The position numbers and the translations under genes are program-made. The notes beneath the pieces were generated by a model. That model did not search any database and had not been told where the DNA came from. It saw only the letters and a program-made list of their open reading frames with translations. Below, piece by piece: positions 21,896-22,723 of a stretch of 22,723 nucleotides of DNA (position 1 is its first letter; each line of letters starts with the position of its first letter). Origin of the DNA: a bacterium (GTDB taxonomy: Bacteria > SAR324 > NAC60-12); assembly GCA_965233585.1 (NCBI GenBank), contig CBDDTI010000660.1:1-22723 (forward strand). The letters run 5' to 3'.

Positions 21896-22321
21896 CTGCA
21901 TGCAAAACAGGAAAAAAATCACTGAGCTTCAAAGGGAAGAGTTATCAAGTGTCCACATTTTTTACAGTTTTGTAGACATGTTGATACGAGAGGCAGGTTG
22001 AAATTTAATGTTATTTTGTTATGACTGGAAAACAACTTTTAGATCAGCAGGAGTAACATCTGTGTGCCTTCAAAAGATCTGTTTACTTTTTGAAGATATT
22101 TTGTTTTTATCCTCCACAAGCAATAATTTCTGTTTCTATCGTTTTCAAACAAGCTGTTTTGCAGGCTTGGTAACGTGTGGAGCAGCGCTAACAAATCCTG
22201 CAGACAATTATAAATAAATATTATTAATGACTGAAAAAGTGACCTTTTGGTGTTAAAAGGTGTACTAAGTGTTGACTCAGCTACATTTCTAAAATTTTTG
22301 ATTAGTCACTAACCCCGAGAT

Positions 22322-22592
22322 GGGGCGGTCTGAATTCAAGCTCTTGATGGGAACATTGTGATGGTCTTCACTCCAGCAGTGCCTCTCTCCAATCCCAGGT
22401 GTATAAAGGGGTTACTAGCAAGTTTGATGCTCCAGAAAAGCAGGGGGGGGGTTAACCATTTGGCTCATATGTAGATTTGACCCTACTTTACAGGAGAGGG
22501 GGGTTAGCCACTTGGCTCATATGTAGGCTTTACCCCGCTTAATAAGAGGGGGGTTAGCCACTTGGTTCATAAGCAGACTTAACCTTACTTTA
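22322..22592 (+). mobile_element. Decayed SINE-like element with a tandemly triplicated 3' segment
   Basis: Degenerate B-box GAATTCAAGCT, body CAGTGCCTCTCTCCAATCCCAGGTGTATAAA, and three ~50-bp copies of GGGGGTTAGCCACTTGGCTCATATGYAGACTTTACC at 22443-22592. Confidence 0.6.
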
Positions 22593-22723
22593 CAATTCTG
22601 AAAAAGCTATTATATTGACCAAAAATGTGACATATCACTGTAAACAACCCATTCTTTGTGAACACCTAGTAGACACCTGAAGCTGGTGCTTGTACATGCA
22701 GTCCTTGCTGTAAGAATAGACAC

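Noticed and set aside
21896..22197. Large upstream coding exon from the acceptor at ~22197
   Set aside because: All three minus-strand frames contain stops before the donor at 21841. At most it is UTR.

Overview
Eukaryotic, repeat-dominated, AT-rich DNA. The repeat types suggest a cnidarian such as a stony coral (inference). One host gene is visible: the minus-strand terminal exon (18544-20732) of a single-pass membrane protein with a TMEM132-type transmembrane motif. Most of the rest is nested mobile DNA: a diverged 5S-rRNA-like segment; a 5.4-kb foldback element (1155-6599) with ~2.4-kb inverted arms of 9-bp modules and an 8-bp TSD; a decayed hAT transposase split by a 5'-truncated CR1/L2-group LINE; four sequence-unrelated 'twin-hairpin' elements sharing a CTCG..CTCG apex; and a 3.4-kb TIR element (AATT TSD) carrying a hammerhead-containing Penelope-like palindrome, a Harbinger-type MITE and a 122-bp satellite. 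There are also several more MITEs, an RTE LINE fragment and a SINE. The RYLGYL/LLEVLG ORFs are artefacts of the 9-bp repeat. All alignments were done by eye; no searches were run.
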